DNA of 50,372 bases from an uncultured Methanosarcinales archaeon (GCA_964360675.1 CAYHXT010000002.1:1-50372), one strand, 5' to 3'; positions 8,223-17,921 are shown, counted from the first letter of the stretch. Made by a program: numbers and translations. The notes: generated by a model not told the origin, from the sequence alone.

Positions 8223-8648
8223 GAACATCCACTGCCAGTTTATGAAATATTTTTCACCTCGTTAGCTAATCCTAACCGCCTGCAGATAGTCCTTTCCCTG
8301 CAGGAGGGAAGCAAGAATGTCACCGAACTTTGCCAGCATACCGGTTTTGAGCAGACTATGGTCTCCCACAACCTGAGACGCTTGGAGAGATGCGGCATGG
8401 TTTTTGCAGAACGCAAGGGAAAAAATAAGTATTATTCTTTAAATCAGGAAACTATAAAGCCGTTGATAAAAATGATTGATTCTCACGTAAGTGAATACTG
8501 CTGCAAGATAATGGAAGAAAACAAAATAATGAATGGGAATAAGGTAATGAATGGAAACAAAATAATGAATGGGAACAAAATAATGAATGGGAATAAGGTA
8601 ATGAATGGAAACAATGTAATGGGTGGAAACAATGAAAAACACTGCTGA
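8220..8648 (+). CDS. ArsR-family regulator with a Met/Asn/Gly hexapeptide-repeat tail
   Basis: ArsR HTH region NRLQIVLSLQEGSKNVTELCQHTGFEQTMVSHNLRRLERCGMVFAERKGKNKYYSLN. The C-terminus carries 6 x (N-K/N-I/V-M-N/G-G) and ends in ..EKHC. An alternative start is ATG 8202. ATG 8220 fits a leaderless transcript from the TATA box at 8190. Confidence 0.75.
   Translation: MEHPLPVYEIFFTSLANPNRLQIVLSLQEGSKNVTELCQHTGFEQTMVSHNLRRLERCGMVFAERKGKNKYYSLNQETIKPLIKMIDSHVSEYCCKIMEENKIMNGNKVMNGNKIMNGNKIMNGNKVMNGNNVMGGNNEKHC
8520..8627 (+). repeat. six tandem 18-nt in-frame repeats (AAC AAA ATA ATG AAT GGG and variants)
   Basis: Units counted directly at 8520-8537, 8538-8555, 8556-8573, 8574-8591, 8592-8609 and 8610-8627. 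They encode NKIMNG / NKVMNG / NNVMGG. Confidence 0.9.
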
Positions 8649-10863
8649 TATGAAAACTTCAACTCTTAAAATATCTGGTATGCACTGCGCCAGCTGCAGT
8701 ACTATATTAACTAGGGCACTGCAAAAAGTAGATGGCGTGCAGTCAGCGCTGGTAAATTATTCTACTGAAAAAGCCACCATCACTTATGATCCCTCTAAAG
8801 TGCAGGAAGATTCTTTCATCAAAGCAGTCCAAAAGAAAGGTTATAATGCTGAAGTATTAGGCGCAGAAAGCTTCGGCCATGAAGAAAGATTACGTAAAAA
8901 AGAACTTCATCAATTGCGGTTTAAAGTGACGATAAGCGCGGTATTTGCATTACCTGCTTTGATTATAAGCATGTTCTTTTCATCTCTCCCGTATTCATCG
9001 TATATATTATGGGTTCTTTCTACTCCGGTACAGTTTTACATAGGTTTTCCATTTTATCGCGGAACCTGGGCGGCGTTAAAGAATAAATCCGCTAACATGG
9101 ATTCATTGATAGCTATTGGAACCAGCGCCGCATATTTCTTTTCGGTGTATTCGGTTTTGTTCATTGAGGAAGGCGGGGAATATTTTGAGATTTCCGCGAT
9201 ATTGATTGCCTTAGTATTACTAGGTAAATATCTGGAAGCGGTAGCTAAAGGAAGAACCAGCCAGGCTATCGCAAAATTAGCGAAAATGGGCGCTAAAACT
9301 GCTATGGTTATACGCAAGGGAAAAGAATTGAAAATCCCCATAGAAGAAGTAGTTGTAGGCGATCAGGTTATTGTAAAGCCGGGAGAAAAAATTGCTGTAG
9401 ACGGAATTATCATTGAAGGCAGTTCGTCAATTGATGAAAGCATGGTTACTGGAGAAAGCATGCCCGTTGACAAGAAGAAGAATGATAAAGTTATCGGATC
9501 AACTATCAACAAGCAGGGAACATTCACCTTCAAAGCTACTAAAGTGGGAGCAGAGACTGTCCTCTCAAGGATTGTAAAGCTGATTGAAGAAGCTCAGGGA
9601 AGAAAAGCCCCTATTCAGCGGTTTGCGGATAATGTATCAGCATACTTCGTGCCTATTGTAATTTTGATTGCTATCGCTACTTTTGTTGTCTGGTATGTCT
9701 TGCTGAATGCTACTTTGTCATTTTCAATGTTAACCGCAGTCGCAGTAGTAGTTATAGCCTGTCCCTGCGCATTAGGATTAGCCACGCCAACTTCAATAAT
9801 GGTGGGAACCGGAAAAGGCGCCATGCACGGCATCCTGATCAAAGGCGGCGACGTCTTGGAAGCAGCGCATAAATTAAGATATATTGTCTTTGACAAGACC
9901 GGAACTCTTACCAAAGGAAAGCCGGCAGTAACCGAATTAATTCCTGCTAAGAATAATACTGAAAAAAAGGTATTAGAAATCGCAGGCAGCATTGAAAAGA
10001 ATTCAGAACATCCTCTGGCAGAAGCTATCGTGCAGAAAGCAAAAGAACAAAAAGTTTCATTCAAAAAAGTATCTAATTTCTTGTCTGTGACCGGAAAAGG
10101 TGTCAGGGCTAAAATCAATTCTAAACGGTATTATCTGGGAAATATCAAGCTGATGAAAGATAATCGGATTAGTGTTACATCTTATCAGAGCCAGATTGAA
10201 TCGCTGGAAGAGGAAGGGAAAACCGTGATGGTTCTTGCCGATTCCAAGAAAGTGCTGGGATTGATTGCAGTAGCTGATGAATTGAAAGAGGATTCCGCAG
10301 ATGCGGTAGCTATCCTGAAACAGATGGGTATCACTACCTACATGATTACCGGGGATAACAAAAGAACTGCACGGGCTATCGCTAAAAAAGTAGGTATTGA
10401 AAATTATTTTGCTGAAGTCCTTCCTGAAGATAAATTGACTCACGTAAAAACTTTGCAAAAGAAAGGCAAAGTAGCGATGGTAGGAGACGGAATCAATGAT
10501 GCGCCGGCATTAGCGCAGGCAGATATAGGCATAGCTATGGGTTCAGGAACTGACGTAGCCATGGAAACTGGAAATATCGTCTTGATGAAGAATAGTTTAT
10601 TGGACGTTCCCAGAGCAATCACATTAAGCAAGATGACCATGTCTAAGATAAGGCAGAACATGTTCTGGGCCTTGTTTTACAACGTCTTAGGTATCCCTGT
10701 GGCTGCAGGCGTATTATATCCATTTACCGGCTGGCTGTTAAGCCCTATGATCGCCGGAGGCGCTATGGCATTAAGTTCAGTAAGCGTAGTTACCAATGCT
10801 TTACTTTTAAGGCGGAAATCTTTAAAACTAAAGAGGAAAATAATGCCCTTAAATGGGGATTAG
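8632..10863 (+). CDS. copA: copper-translocating P1B-type ATPase
   Basis: N-terminal HMA domain (GMHCASC). CPC transmembrane metal site (ACPCALGLATP), DKTGTLT phosphorylation site, TGES (VTGESMP) and GDGINDAP. ATG 8632 has GGTGG 5 nt upstream. ATG 8650 and GTG 8623 are alternative starts. Confidence 0.92.
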   Translation: MKNTADMKTSTLKISGMHCASCSTILTRALQKVDGVQSALVNYSTEKATITYDPSKVQEDSFIKAVQKKGYNAEVLGAESFGHEERLRKKELHQLRFKVTISAVFALPALIISMFFSSLPYSSYILWVLSTPVQFYIGFPFYRGTWAALKNKSANMDSLIAIGTSAAYFFSVYSVLFIEEGGEYFEISAILIALVLLGKYLEAVAKGRTSQAIAKLAKMGAKTAMVIRKGKELKIPIEEVVVGDQVIVKPGEKIAVDGIIIEGSSSIDESMVTGESMPVDKKKNDKVIGSTINKQGTFTFKATKVGAETVLSRIVKLIEEAQGRKAPIQRFADNVSAYFVPIVILIAIATFVVWYVLLNATLSFSMLTAVAVVVIACPCALGLATPTSIMVGTGKGAMHGILIKGGDVLEAAHKLRYIVFDKTGTLTKGKPAVTELIPAKNNTEKKVLEIAGSIEKNSEHPLAEAIVQKAKEQKVSFKKVSNFLSVTGKGVRAKINSKRYYLGNIKLMKDNRISVTSYQSQIESLEEEGKTVMVLADSKKVLGLIAVADELKEDSADAVAILKQMGITTYMITGDNKRTARAIAKKVGIENYFAEVLPEDKLTHVKTLQKKGKVAMVGDGINDAPALAQADIGIAMGSGTDVAMETGNIVLMKNSLLDVPRAITLSKMTMSKIRQNMFWALFYNVLGIPVAAGVLYPFTGWLLSPMIAGGAMALSSVSVVTNALLLRRKSLKLKRKIMPLNGD

Positions 10864-10875
10864 GGGGAAGAAATA

Positions 10876-12261
10876 ATGAAAACTCTAAATCTTAAGGTAG
10901 ATGGGATGACTTGTTCCAGCTGTGAAGTGATCATAGAAAGAAATCTGCGTAAAGTTTCAGGTGTTGAAAAAGTTCATGTCAGCAGGGCAAAAGAAGAAGC
11001 GGAAGTTCAATGTTCTGATGAAGTTGCCTTCACACAATTACAGGACGCGGTTAAAGAGAACGGGTATTCATTGTCAATAAAAGATAATTCTGGAGCAGAT
11101 AATGCTAACAGTTCATCTGCTAAAAAGCCATTCATACTAAAAGATAAACAGCGGTATTCTGAAATCGGCGCAGTGGTAGTGATGATTATCGGCGTGTATA
11201 TTCTCCTTAAACAATTAGACTTCATTCCGCAGAATTTAGGAGTAACTGACAACATGAGTTACGGTTTCATTTTCATTCTGGGCCTAGTTGCGGCCATGTC
11301 TACCTGCCTTGCCGTTTCCGGCGGTTTGTTATTAGCGATAGCAGCAAAATACAATGAAAAAAATCCGCTGGCCAGCGGCTGGCAGAAATTTAAGCCGCAT
11401 ATTTTTTTCAACGTCGGAAGGATAGTATCTTACACACTATTAGGCGGAGCAATAGGCGCGCTGGGATCAATATTCACGATATCTTCTGCAGCAGCAGGGA
11501 TAATAACCATTCTTGCCAGCATTATTATGATTTTCATGGGATTGCAGCTGTTAGGAATATTTCCTTGGCTGAATGGCATACAGATCAAGATGCCTAAATT
11601 TCTTGCTCATAAAATATATGATGCCAGCAGCCAAAAAGCAGGTAAAACTTCTTCATTTTTATTTGGCGCAGCGACATTCTTTTTACCCTGCGGTTTCACG
11701 CAGGCATTGCAGTTGTATGTCTTGGGAACCGGCGATTTTGTAACTGGGGCTTTGACCATGTTAGCTTTCTCCATCGGGACGCTGCCTTCATTAGCGAGTA
11801 TCGGCGCCTTCTCCAGTTTTGCGAAAGGAAATTTCAAGCAATATTTTACCACTTTTGCAGCAGTGCTGATAATTATCCTGGGCATCTTTAATTTCGCGCC
11901 GGGGTTCAATCTTACAGGAGCAGTCATTGCTTTGCCTGCCGGCGATAACCCTTCAGGAGATAATGTTCCGGATGATATTCCCCTCGTTGACGGCAAGCAA
12001 GTGATCAACATGGCGGTGAACGGTTTTGATTATTCTCCAGATACATTCACTTTAAAGAAAGGCGTTCCGGTAGAATGGAAAATTGATGGGAAAGGCGCGC
12101 AGGGATGTGCGCGGATTATCAGTGTTCCGGCATTAGGCATTATGGAACAATTATCTTCAGATGTAAAGACCATTGAATTCACTCCGCAAAAAACAGGAAA
12201 AATAAAATTCAGCTGCGGCATGGGCATGGCCGGGCCGGGCTTCTTTGAGGTGATTGCATAA
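10876..12261 (+). CDS. fusion protein: HMA domain + TauE/SafE- or DsbD-like multi-pass permease + C-terminal cupredoxin-like domain
   Basis: N-terminal GMTCSSC HMA fold. About eight hydrophobic helices containing an FFLPCGFTQALQ motif. The C-terminal soluble domain of about 90 aa ends GCARII....KFSCGMGM (Cys/Met ligand-like). Confidence 0.65.
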   Translation: MKTLNLKVDGMTCSSCEVIIERNLRKVSGVEKVHVSRAKEEAEVQCSDEVAFTQLQDAVKENGYSLSIKDNSGADNANSSSAKKPFILKDKQRYSEIGAVVVMIIGVYILLKQLDFIPQNLGVTDNMSYGFIFILGLVAAMSTCLAVSGGLLLAIAAKYNEKNPLASGWQKFKPHIFFNVGRIVSYTLLGGAIGALGSIFTISSAAAGIITILASIIMIFMGLQLLGIFPWLNGIQIKMPKFLAHKIYDASSQKAGKTSSFLFGAATFFLPCGFTQALQLYVLGTGDFVTGALTMLAFSIGTLPSLASIGAFSSFAKGNFKQYFTTFAAVLIIILGIFNFAPGFNLTGAVIALPAGDNPSGDNVPDDIPLVDGKQVINMAVNGFDYSPDTFTLKKGVPVEWKIDGKGAQGCARIISVPALGIMEQLSSDVKTIEFTPQKTGKIKFSCGMGMAGPGFFEVIA

Positions 12262-12470
12262 TGGAAACCGTACTTACTGTAAAAGGAACTCACTGCAAAT
12301 CATGCAAGATGCTGATTGAAGATGTTTGTGCAGACATGCCCGGCATAAAATCATGCAGTGTTGATTTCAAGACCGGAAAAACAGTCATTGAACACGACGG
12401 AACTCTGGATTTGAAAAAACTGAAGAAAGAAATCGAAGGATTGGGAGAATATAAGGTAACGAGTAAATAA
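12261..12470 (+). CDS. CopZ-like heavy-metal-associated chaperone
   Basis: 69 aa with the GTHCKSC metal-binding loop in a beta-alpha-beta-beta-alpha-beta sized protein. Its start overlaps the upstream stop (TAATG). Confidence 0.75.
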   Translation: METVLTVKGTHCKSCKMLIEDVCADMPGIKSCSVDFKTGKTVIEHDGTLDLKKLKKEIEGLGEYKVTSK

Positions 12471-12534
12471 CTATAATTATGGTTGTTCTCCAACTACAAT
12501 TATGATTATCGCATTAATTATGGTTATCGTGCTT

Positions 12535-13305
12535 CTATCTCTTAAAATATTCCTTCGGGTCTCCCACTAACTGTTCCAATACTTTCACTAATTCGCCTTT
12601 TTCATCCCGTTCGTAGCTTCTATAAACTCCGACAATGCTCTGTTTTTCATTGATGAACGGGCCTTTGCTGGAAGGGTCGTAGTGAAAGAAAAACTCTTCC
12701 ATAAGCCCCTGCGACCCAAAATGAGTTACTTTACCTAAACCGGTATTTCCATAGGCGGTTCTTTTGATTTGGTAAGTGGCAGTATGGTCGTATGCTAACG
12801 GCATCTTAATCGCCAGCCGCGTTTTAACGCCAACGTGCCTAGGCAGCACACTACTGTCAGAAGAAAGGAAATCGTTTGGCACCATAGTATTAAGTGAAAC
12901 CTTTTCCTGTATAGGTGGATTGTTATTAAATTCGTATATTCTTGCAATTTTTTTGTTTACGCCATCATAAATGTGCGCCCCGTCATTGCCTTGCTCCAGC
13001 GATAAATAACGGAAGAAAGCTTCTTTATCTTTAACATCTTCAAAGTGCACATCTTCTAGGTTGTCTGTTATAATATCCCCTTCGCTTAGCCTATCTATAA
13101 GCGTAGTGCCGTTAGCGACAAGAAGAACTCCGGTGTAAAGCTCATTTTCTAGGCCGGGGTGAAGCTCATCTCTAACCAAGCGGCGTTCATCCAAAGCTTT
13201 TCCATGCAGATGCACTTTGCCGTCCTCCATATGCGGCAGACAGCGCTCTAAGTTTTCTTTGCAATGGTACTCTACTAGTAACGAGAATAAATCTAAATGT
13301 TTCAT
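12535..13305 (-). CDS. hypothetical protein
   Basis: 256-aa ORF with ordinary composition. It is the only long frame here and no motif was recognised. Confidence 0.5.
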   Translation of the reverse strand: MKHLDLFSLLVEYHCKENLERCLPHMEDGKVHLHGKALDERRLVRDELHPGLENELYTGVLLVANGTTLIDRLSEGDIITDNLEDVHFEDVKDKEAFFRYLSLEQGNDGAHIYDGVNKKIARIYEFNNNPPIQEKVSLNTMVPNDFLSSDSSVLPRHVGVKTRLAIKMPLAYDHTATYQIKRTAYGNTGLGKVTHFGSQGLMEEFFFHYDPSSKGPFINEKQSIVGVYRSYERDEKGELVKVLEQLVGDPKEYFKR

Positions 13306-13415
13306 TTTCCTGGTTAGTATACCTTTCCCTATATTTATATCTTCTGGGGCTATTTTTTTTATTTTTGTTCTTTTTTACCGCAATATTTATCAATAAGTAA
13401 AAAAATAAGTGGTTT

Positions 13416-14402
13416 ATGCAGAAAATTGACTTTCAGCTGGTATATCTCCGTTCAGAAAACGCCCGCATGGGTTTGAAAGAACTTTCCCGGCATCTTCATA
13501 AAAGTCCGCAGCTGCTAAAATACAGCACTGCCATTCTGGAAAAAGAAGATATTTTGTATGACCCTTATTTTATTTTTGATTATTCTTACTTTGGTCTGAT
13601 TTTATTCAGGGTTTATTTCAAGGGCGTCTACATCAAAGAGCAGGACAAGCTTAAGATTATCAAAGAGCTTAAAGACAATCCCTACATTCTTTCGGTCTAC
13701 GAATTAACCGGAGAGTTTGATCTGGCAGTAGAATTCGCCTCTCCCAACCCTTCTAAGTTCAATAAAGAATTCAAAAAAATCATCTCTGACAACCCCCTGC
13801 TGAAAGAATATAAAATCGTATTAAATCTAGTCACCCATATCTATCCGCGCCACTATCTGGTTGACAATCATGAATTGCATAGTTTAGCCGGTCAGAAAAT
13901 TATCGGGGGGGATCGCGAGAAAGACGAATTTAACCGGCAGGAGATGTCGCTGCTGAATGTTCTTCTTAATCATCCCATCATCCGTTACACCAAATTAGCC
14001 AAGGAATCGGGGATGAATGTGAAGACCGCAAAATCGGCACTCAACAACCTGATGAAAAGAAACATCATCAAAGGGTGTAAATTTCTTATCAACAAGAATA
14101 AGATGGGCATCAATAAAAATAGATTATTCTTAAAACTTCACAATCTCAACATGGAGCGGGAGTCGCACCTGATGAAATTTCTCCATGATAATAAAGAAGT
14201 AATCCAAGTATGTAAGACCGTAGGAGACTGGGACATGGAGATTGACCTGGAAGCGCTGGATAAAAGCAGCATCCGTTCCATGATTCTGCGGCTGCGGGAA
14301 GAATTCAGCGATGTGATAGGCCAGTTCAATTTGATCGAAGTTTACGATTATTACAAAAGGACATATCTGCCGAAATATTTGTTTTTAGAAAATAATAAAT
14401 GA
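13416..14402 (+). CDS. Lrp/AsnC-like regulator with duplicated HTH plus ligand-domain architecture
   Basis: Two HTH-like segments (MGLKELSRHLHKSPQLLKYSTAILEKEDIL and IRYTKLAKESGMNVKTAKSALNNLMKRNII). Each is followed by a RAM-like block (V..V.ELTGEFDL and V.QVCKTVGDWDM). Confidence 0.45.
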   Translation: MQKIDFQLVYLRSENARMGLKELSRHLHKSPQLLKYSTAILEKEDILYDPYFIFDYSYFGLILFRVYFKGVYIKEQDKLKIIKELKDNPYILSVYELTGEFDLAVEFASPNPSKFNKEFKKIISDNPLLKEYKIVLNLVTHIYPRHYLVDNHELHSLAGQKIIGGDREKDEFNRQEMSLLNVLLNHPIIRYTKLAKESGMNVKTAKSALNNLMKRNIIKGCKFLINKNKMGINKNRLFLKLHNLNMERESHLMKFLHDNKEVIQVCKTVGDWDMEIDLEALDKSSIRSMILRLREEFSDVIGQFNLIEVYDYYKRTYLPKYLFLENNK

Positions 14403-14406
14403 GATA

Positions 14407-14886
14407 TCATTCCCGATACTGAAAAGACAATTCATTGTATTCTTTAGTATCATAAACACTGATTCCTTCTTCATGCCAAAGCGCGAATTCTGCAATCCCC
14501 GCATCTAATGCCATCTTGCTGCAGATGGTGCAGTAGGGCTTGCCAGCTTTTAGTTTATTTCCTATTTCGTCTAAACGGATAAAATAAAGCCGGGAATCTT
14601 TTATCTTTTCCGGGCGATGCTGCAGGGCATCCATTATCGCTCTTTGTTCCGCATGGATGCAGCAAGTCTTATCAGATTTAAAATCTGCGGGAAGAGAATC
14701 TTTCAGGCAATATTCTAATTTTTTATCTAATGGCGGAGAATTGTATCCCTTTCCAATTATTTTTTGGTCTTTTACTATCACCGAGCCGCACCGCGAGCGG
14801 TAGCAGCAAGATGACTTGGCGATTTGTGCTGCGAAATCAATCATTTTGATAGCTTCCAGTTCTTCGCTGCCGGTGAGGATTATCAT
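14407..14886 (-). CDS. dCMP/cytidine deaminase-family zinc enzyme
   Basis: CIHAEQRAI (H-A-E zinc/catalytic motif) and PCTICSKM (PCxxC). Size fits ComEB/dCMP deaminase. Confidence 0.8.
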   Translation of the reverse strand: MIILTGSEELEAIKMIDFAAQIAKSSCCYRSRCGSVIVKDQKIIGKGYNSPPLDKKLEYCLKDSLPADFKSDKTCCIHAEQRAIMDALQHRPEKIKDSRLYFIRLDEIGNKLKAGKPYCTICSKMALDAGIAEFALWHEEGISVYDTKEYNELSFQYRE

Positions 14887-16019
14887 AACAATTCCACTTC
14901 TATCTCCAATTGATCCGCAGTAGGATATTCTTTCACTATAGCAGGGATCAATCCTAACTTATGAAATTCCTTCCTATGCGCTTTCATCAGTTTGGCAGCC
15001 AACAATATCCTGCATTTCTGCGTATCAATAAGCACCTGTTCTGAAGATAATTTTAATCTCTTCTGCACTTTGTCAATAAGCGGCTGCAACTCTGCGTTTA
15101 ATTTTTCCTTGTCTGCAGATGCCAGTTTCTCGCGGTACTTAAATCCGGGAACCAGAGAAGGAAGATACAGTGCTCCTCTCGTAAGCAATCCTTCTTCATC
15201 GACCAAATCAAAAGGATGTTTGGAATGTTCCGCTTCTCTTTTGATGCGGTTCGCCAGCTGAACGCTGTCTTTCAGTTTTGCCGTGCAAAGATGGATTGCA
15301 AAGGCATATCCTTTCTTTTGCGCGTATTCGATTAATTCTAATCCGGTCTTAATGGAGTCCTCTACCGCGTAACTGAACTGTTCTTTGGTCTTATATCCCA
15401 TCTCCAATAATTTGGACTGGTCATTATCTGCCACTTCCAATTCATTTAACACTAAAAAATCTATCTTGTCGTGGATGAAATCAATCATCTTCTGAAGCGG
15501 TTTTTCTTTTCCGGGAATTGATGGAAGTTCAACTCCTTTTTTCCACGCAAATTTCCGCGCTAATGCTAACCTCGGCCAGAACTGTTCTGAATCGATATCC
15601 AAATGAAATCTGATTTCATCCAATCCTGCGTCATACAGCAGTTTCAGATTTTCCTCAGTGACCAAATTTAATGAAGTATAAAGATGAATATGAAATTTCG
15701 GCCCATATTTCTCTTTTAATTGTTTGATGTACGCGACAGTGCGTTCTATTTTCATCAGCGGATCGCCGCCGGTTATACCTGCTCCTTTCGCATCCATGGC
15801 TTCTGATTCCAGAATAACGTCTTCTCGGCTGGAAATTTTACGTTCATTGGCGAAAGAAACATCATGCCCGAATTTCTGGTCAGAAACCGGGCAGAAATAA
15901 CATTTCCGCGGACATAACCCGGTAGAAAAAAGGACTAACTTTTCTCCCCGGACGCAGAACTGGCAGCCGTCAGGCAGGGTGTGCAGGTTATACGAATGGT
16001 ATCTGTTTTTCGCAAGCAT
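14883..16019 (-). CDS. radical SAM protein (archaeal PflA-related, COG2108-like)
   Basis: GLCPRKCYFCPV CxxxCxxC triad near the N-terminus and GITGGDPL SAM-binding motif. It overlaps the deaminase gene by 4 nt. Confidence 0.7.
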   Translation of the reverse strand: MLAKNRYHSYNLHTLPDGCQFCVRGEKLVLFSTGLCPRKCYFCPVSDQKFGHDVSFANERKISSREDVILESEAMDAKGAGITGGDPLMKIERTVAYIKQLKEKYGPKFHIHLYTSLNLVTEENLKLLYDAGLDEIRFHLDIDSEQFWPRLALARKFAWKKGVELPSIPGKEKPLQKMIDFIHDKIDFLVLNELEVADNDQSKLLEMGYKTKEQFSYAVEDSIKTGLELIEYAQKKGYAFAIHLCTAKLKDSVQLANRIKREAEHSKHPFDLVDEEGLLTRGALYLPSLVPGFKYREKLASADKEKLNAELQPLIDKVQKRLKLSSEQVLIDTQKCRILLAAKLMKAHRKEFHKLGLIPAIVKEYPTADQLEIEVELL

Positions 16020-16077
16020 GACTAAAAATTATTAACCCTATTTTTAAAGATTCGGGTAAAGAGAGCGAAGAAAACGC

Positions 16078-16251
16078 TTAGCGGCGCGCCAGACCTTTCT
16101 TGAGGTTAGCCATGACTTTCTCTATCTGCTGCGGGTCAACATTATCGTGCCTGGTCTGCGGCATGACTTCCTTGCTTTCCTGCGCGCTTTGCAGCATGGA
16201 AGCGACAAAATTAGAAGCACTTCCCTTTTTTATTACTGGTTTTTGATTCAT
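16078..16251 (-). CDS. small basic hypothetical protein
   Basis: 57 codons from ATG 16251 (MNQKPVIKKG...). It lies between two well-supported genes and no motif was recognised. Confidence 0.3.
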   Translation of the reverse strand: MNQKPVIKKGSASNFVASMLQSAQESKEVMPQTRHDNVDPQQIEKVMANLKKGLARR

Positions 16252-16425
16252 AGCTGTAGAAAAATTCAAAGGTATTTAAGTTTTGTCATGCCTCAGTAAA
16301 ATGGCGTTATTCCGAGAAAGGAATTTTGAAGAAAAAGCAGTAAATTCCGCTAATATTAGTTGGTTATGACCTCTACAATACCTCAGTAAATTGACAAACA
16401 TTTAAAAACAACCATCAAAATATAT

Positions 16426-17658
16426 ATGTTCATGAATATAAAACAGATAAAACTGCAGCCGGAACTGGAAAAGGCAGTCATGGATTTAGGGTTTTCTGAA
16501 TTTACGGAAATCCAAGAGAAAGCTATCCCTCTCATTCAGCAAGGGCATGACGTCATAGGACAATCTTACACTGGTTCGGGAAAGACGGTCGCTTTCGGCT
16601 TTCCTGCTTTGGAAAAAGTTACCAAAGGGCAAGGATTGCAATTATTAGTCTTAGTCCCGACTCGGGAACTGTGCAACCAGGTAGCGAAAGAACTGCGGAA
16701 ATTTTCTAAGTATAAGCTGCTAAAGATTTTAGAAATTTACGGGGGCGTTGCCATAAGTCCGCAGATTGAAGCATTAAGGCATGCAGATGTCGTGGTAAGC
16801 ACTCCCGGACGGCTGCTGGATCATATGGGCCGGGGGACAGTAAATCTTTCAAGAATCAAAGTGTTGGTTCTAGATGAAGCGGATAAAATGTTTGAAATGG
16901 GATTTATAGATGACGTAAAAAGAATAATTTCACAAACGCCAAAAGGAAGGCAGACTTTATTGTTTTCCGCTACCATATCAGAGGACGTGCATAATATTGT
17001 CCAACATTATATGCAACGGCCGATGAGAGTTAAAATGCAGAGTTATGTGGATGAAAGTAAATTGATCCAGCATTATTATAGTGTTGATTCCAGGGATAAA
17101 TTTTCCCTGCTGGTGCATGTCCTGCAGCATGAGGCAAAAGGCTTGGTTCTTATTTTCTGCGCCACGCGGCATATGGTTGACGCCTTGAGCACCAATCTTT
17201 ACAAGCAGGGTTTTAAAGTGCAGCCTTTGCACGGCGGTCTGTCGCAGAATAAACGGTCCAGCATAATGGACATGTTTCACAATCAAAAATTAGATGTGCT
17301 GGTCGCCAGCGACGTGGCTGCAAGAGGGTTAGACATCAAAGACGTATCATTAGTGGTTAATTATGATATTCCTAAAACTTCTAAAGATTATGTGCATAGA
17401 ATCGGGAGAACTGCCAGGGCAGGAAGCAAAGGGCAAGTTGTTTCCATCTTAGCTCAGCAGGATCATGATAATTTCCGGAGAGTGCTGGAAGACCGGTCTA
17501 TTTTAGTGCAGGAAATGCCCTTGCCGCAATTCGAACGAGTATTTTTTGTGCGCAAACAGCATTCTGAGCAGCGCGGATCCAATCCACGTGAACGGTGGGG
17601 CCAGAGAGGAGAAAGAAGGGGCGAAAGGAGAGAGTTTCACGGAAGAAGTCGTCGTTAG
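16426..17658 (+). CDS. DEAD-box ATP-dependent RNA helicase
   Basis: Q-motif region (F.E.TEIQ), motif I SYTGSGKT, Ia PTRELC, II VLDEAD, III SAT, VI HRIGRTARAG, and a basic R/G/E-rich tail. Confidence 0.92.
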   Translation: MFMNIKQIKLQPELEKAVMDLGFSEFTEIQEKAIPLIQQGHDVIGQSYTGSGKTVAFGFPALEKVTKGQGLQLLVLVPTRELCNQVAKELRKFSKYKLLKILEIYGGVAISPQIEALRHADVVVSTPGRLLDHMGRGTVNLSRIKVLVLDEADKMFEMGFIDDVKRIISQTPKGRQTLLFSATISEDVHNIVQHYMQRPMRVKMQSYVDESKLIQHYYSVDSRDKFSLLVHVLQHEAKGLVLIFCATRHMVDALSTNLYKQGFKVQPLHGGLSQNKRSSIMDMFHNQKLDVLVASDVAARGLDIKDVSLVVNYDIPKTSKDYVHRIGRTARAGSKGQVVSILAQQDHDNFRRVLEDRSILVQEMPLPQFERVFFVRKQHSEQRGSNPRERWGQRGERRGERREFHGRSRR

Positions 17659-17921
17659 GCCGGAGCGATGTGGCAGTGCGCAGCACCTTTTTCATAAATG
17701 TTCCACATAACTTTTTTAAACATAATTCAATTTTAGGTTTATAATGTCATATTACGCCGCAAATAATAATTACGAAAGCAATAATTATCAATCCATCTAT
17801 TCTTCTGAGCGAAAATATTCTAAAAGAAGAAAGGTTGCCTGCACATGTTTCGGCCAGGGATGCCGGAATACCTGCAGATGATAAGCCCGCATCTACTTAG
17901 CACATTTTCGGAACAAGTTCA

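Noticed and set aside
8439-8642. 67-aa minus-strand ORF with an IHY(F/L)(I/V)P repeat.
   Set aside because: It is simply the reverse-complement reading of the 18-nt tandem repeats that encode the ArsR tail. The sense frame has a clear ArsR HTH domain.
13187-13393. 68-aa minus-strand ORF spanning the divergent promoter region between 12535-13305 and 13416-14402.
   Set aside because: It overlaps the 5' end of the 256-aa gene in another frame and extends into an AT-rich intergenic promoter region. The basic low-complexity product is typical of translated A/T-rich spacer.
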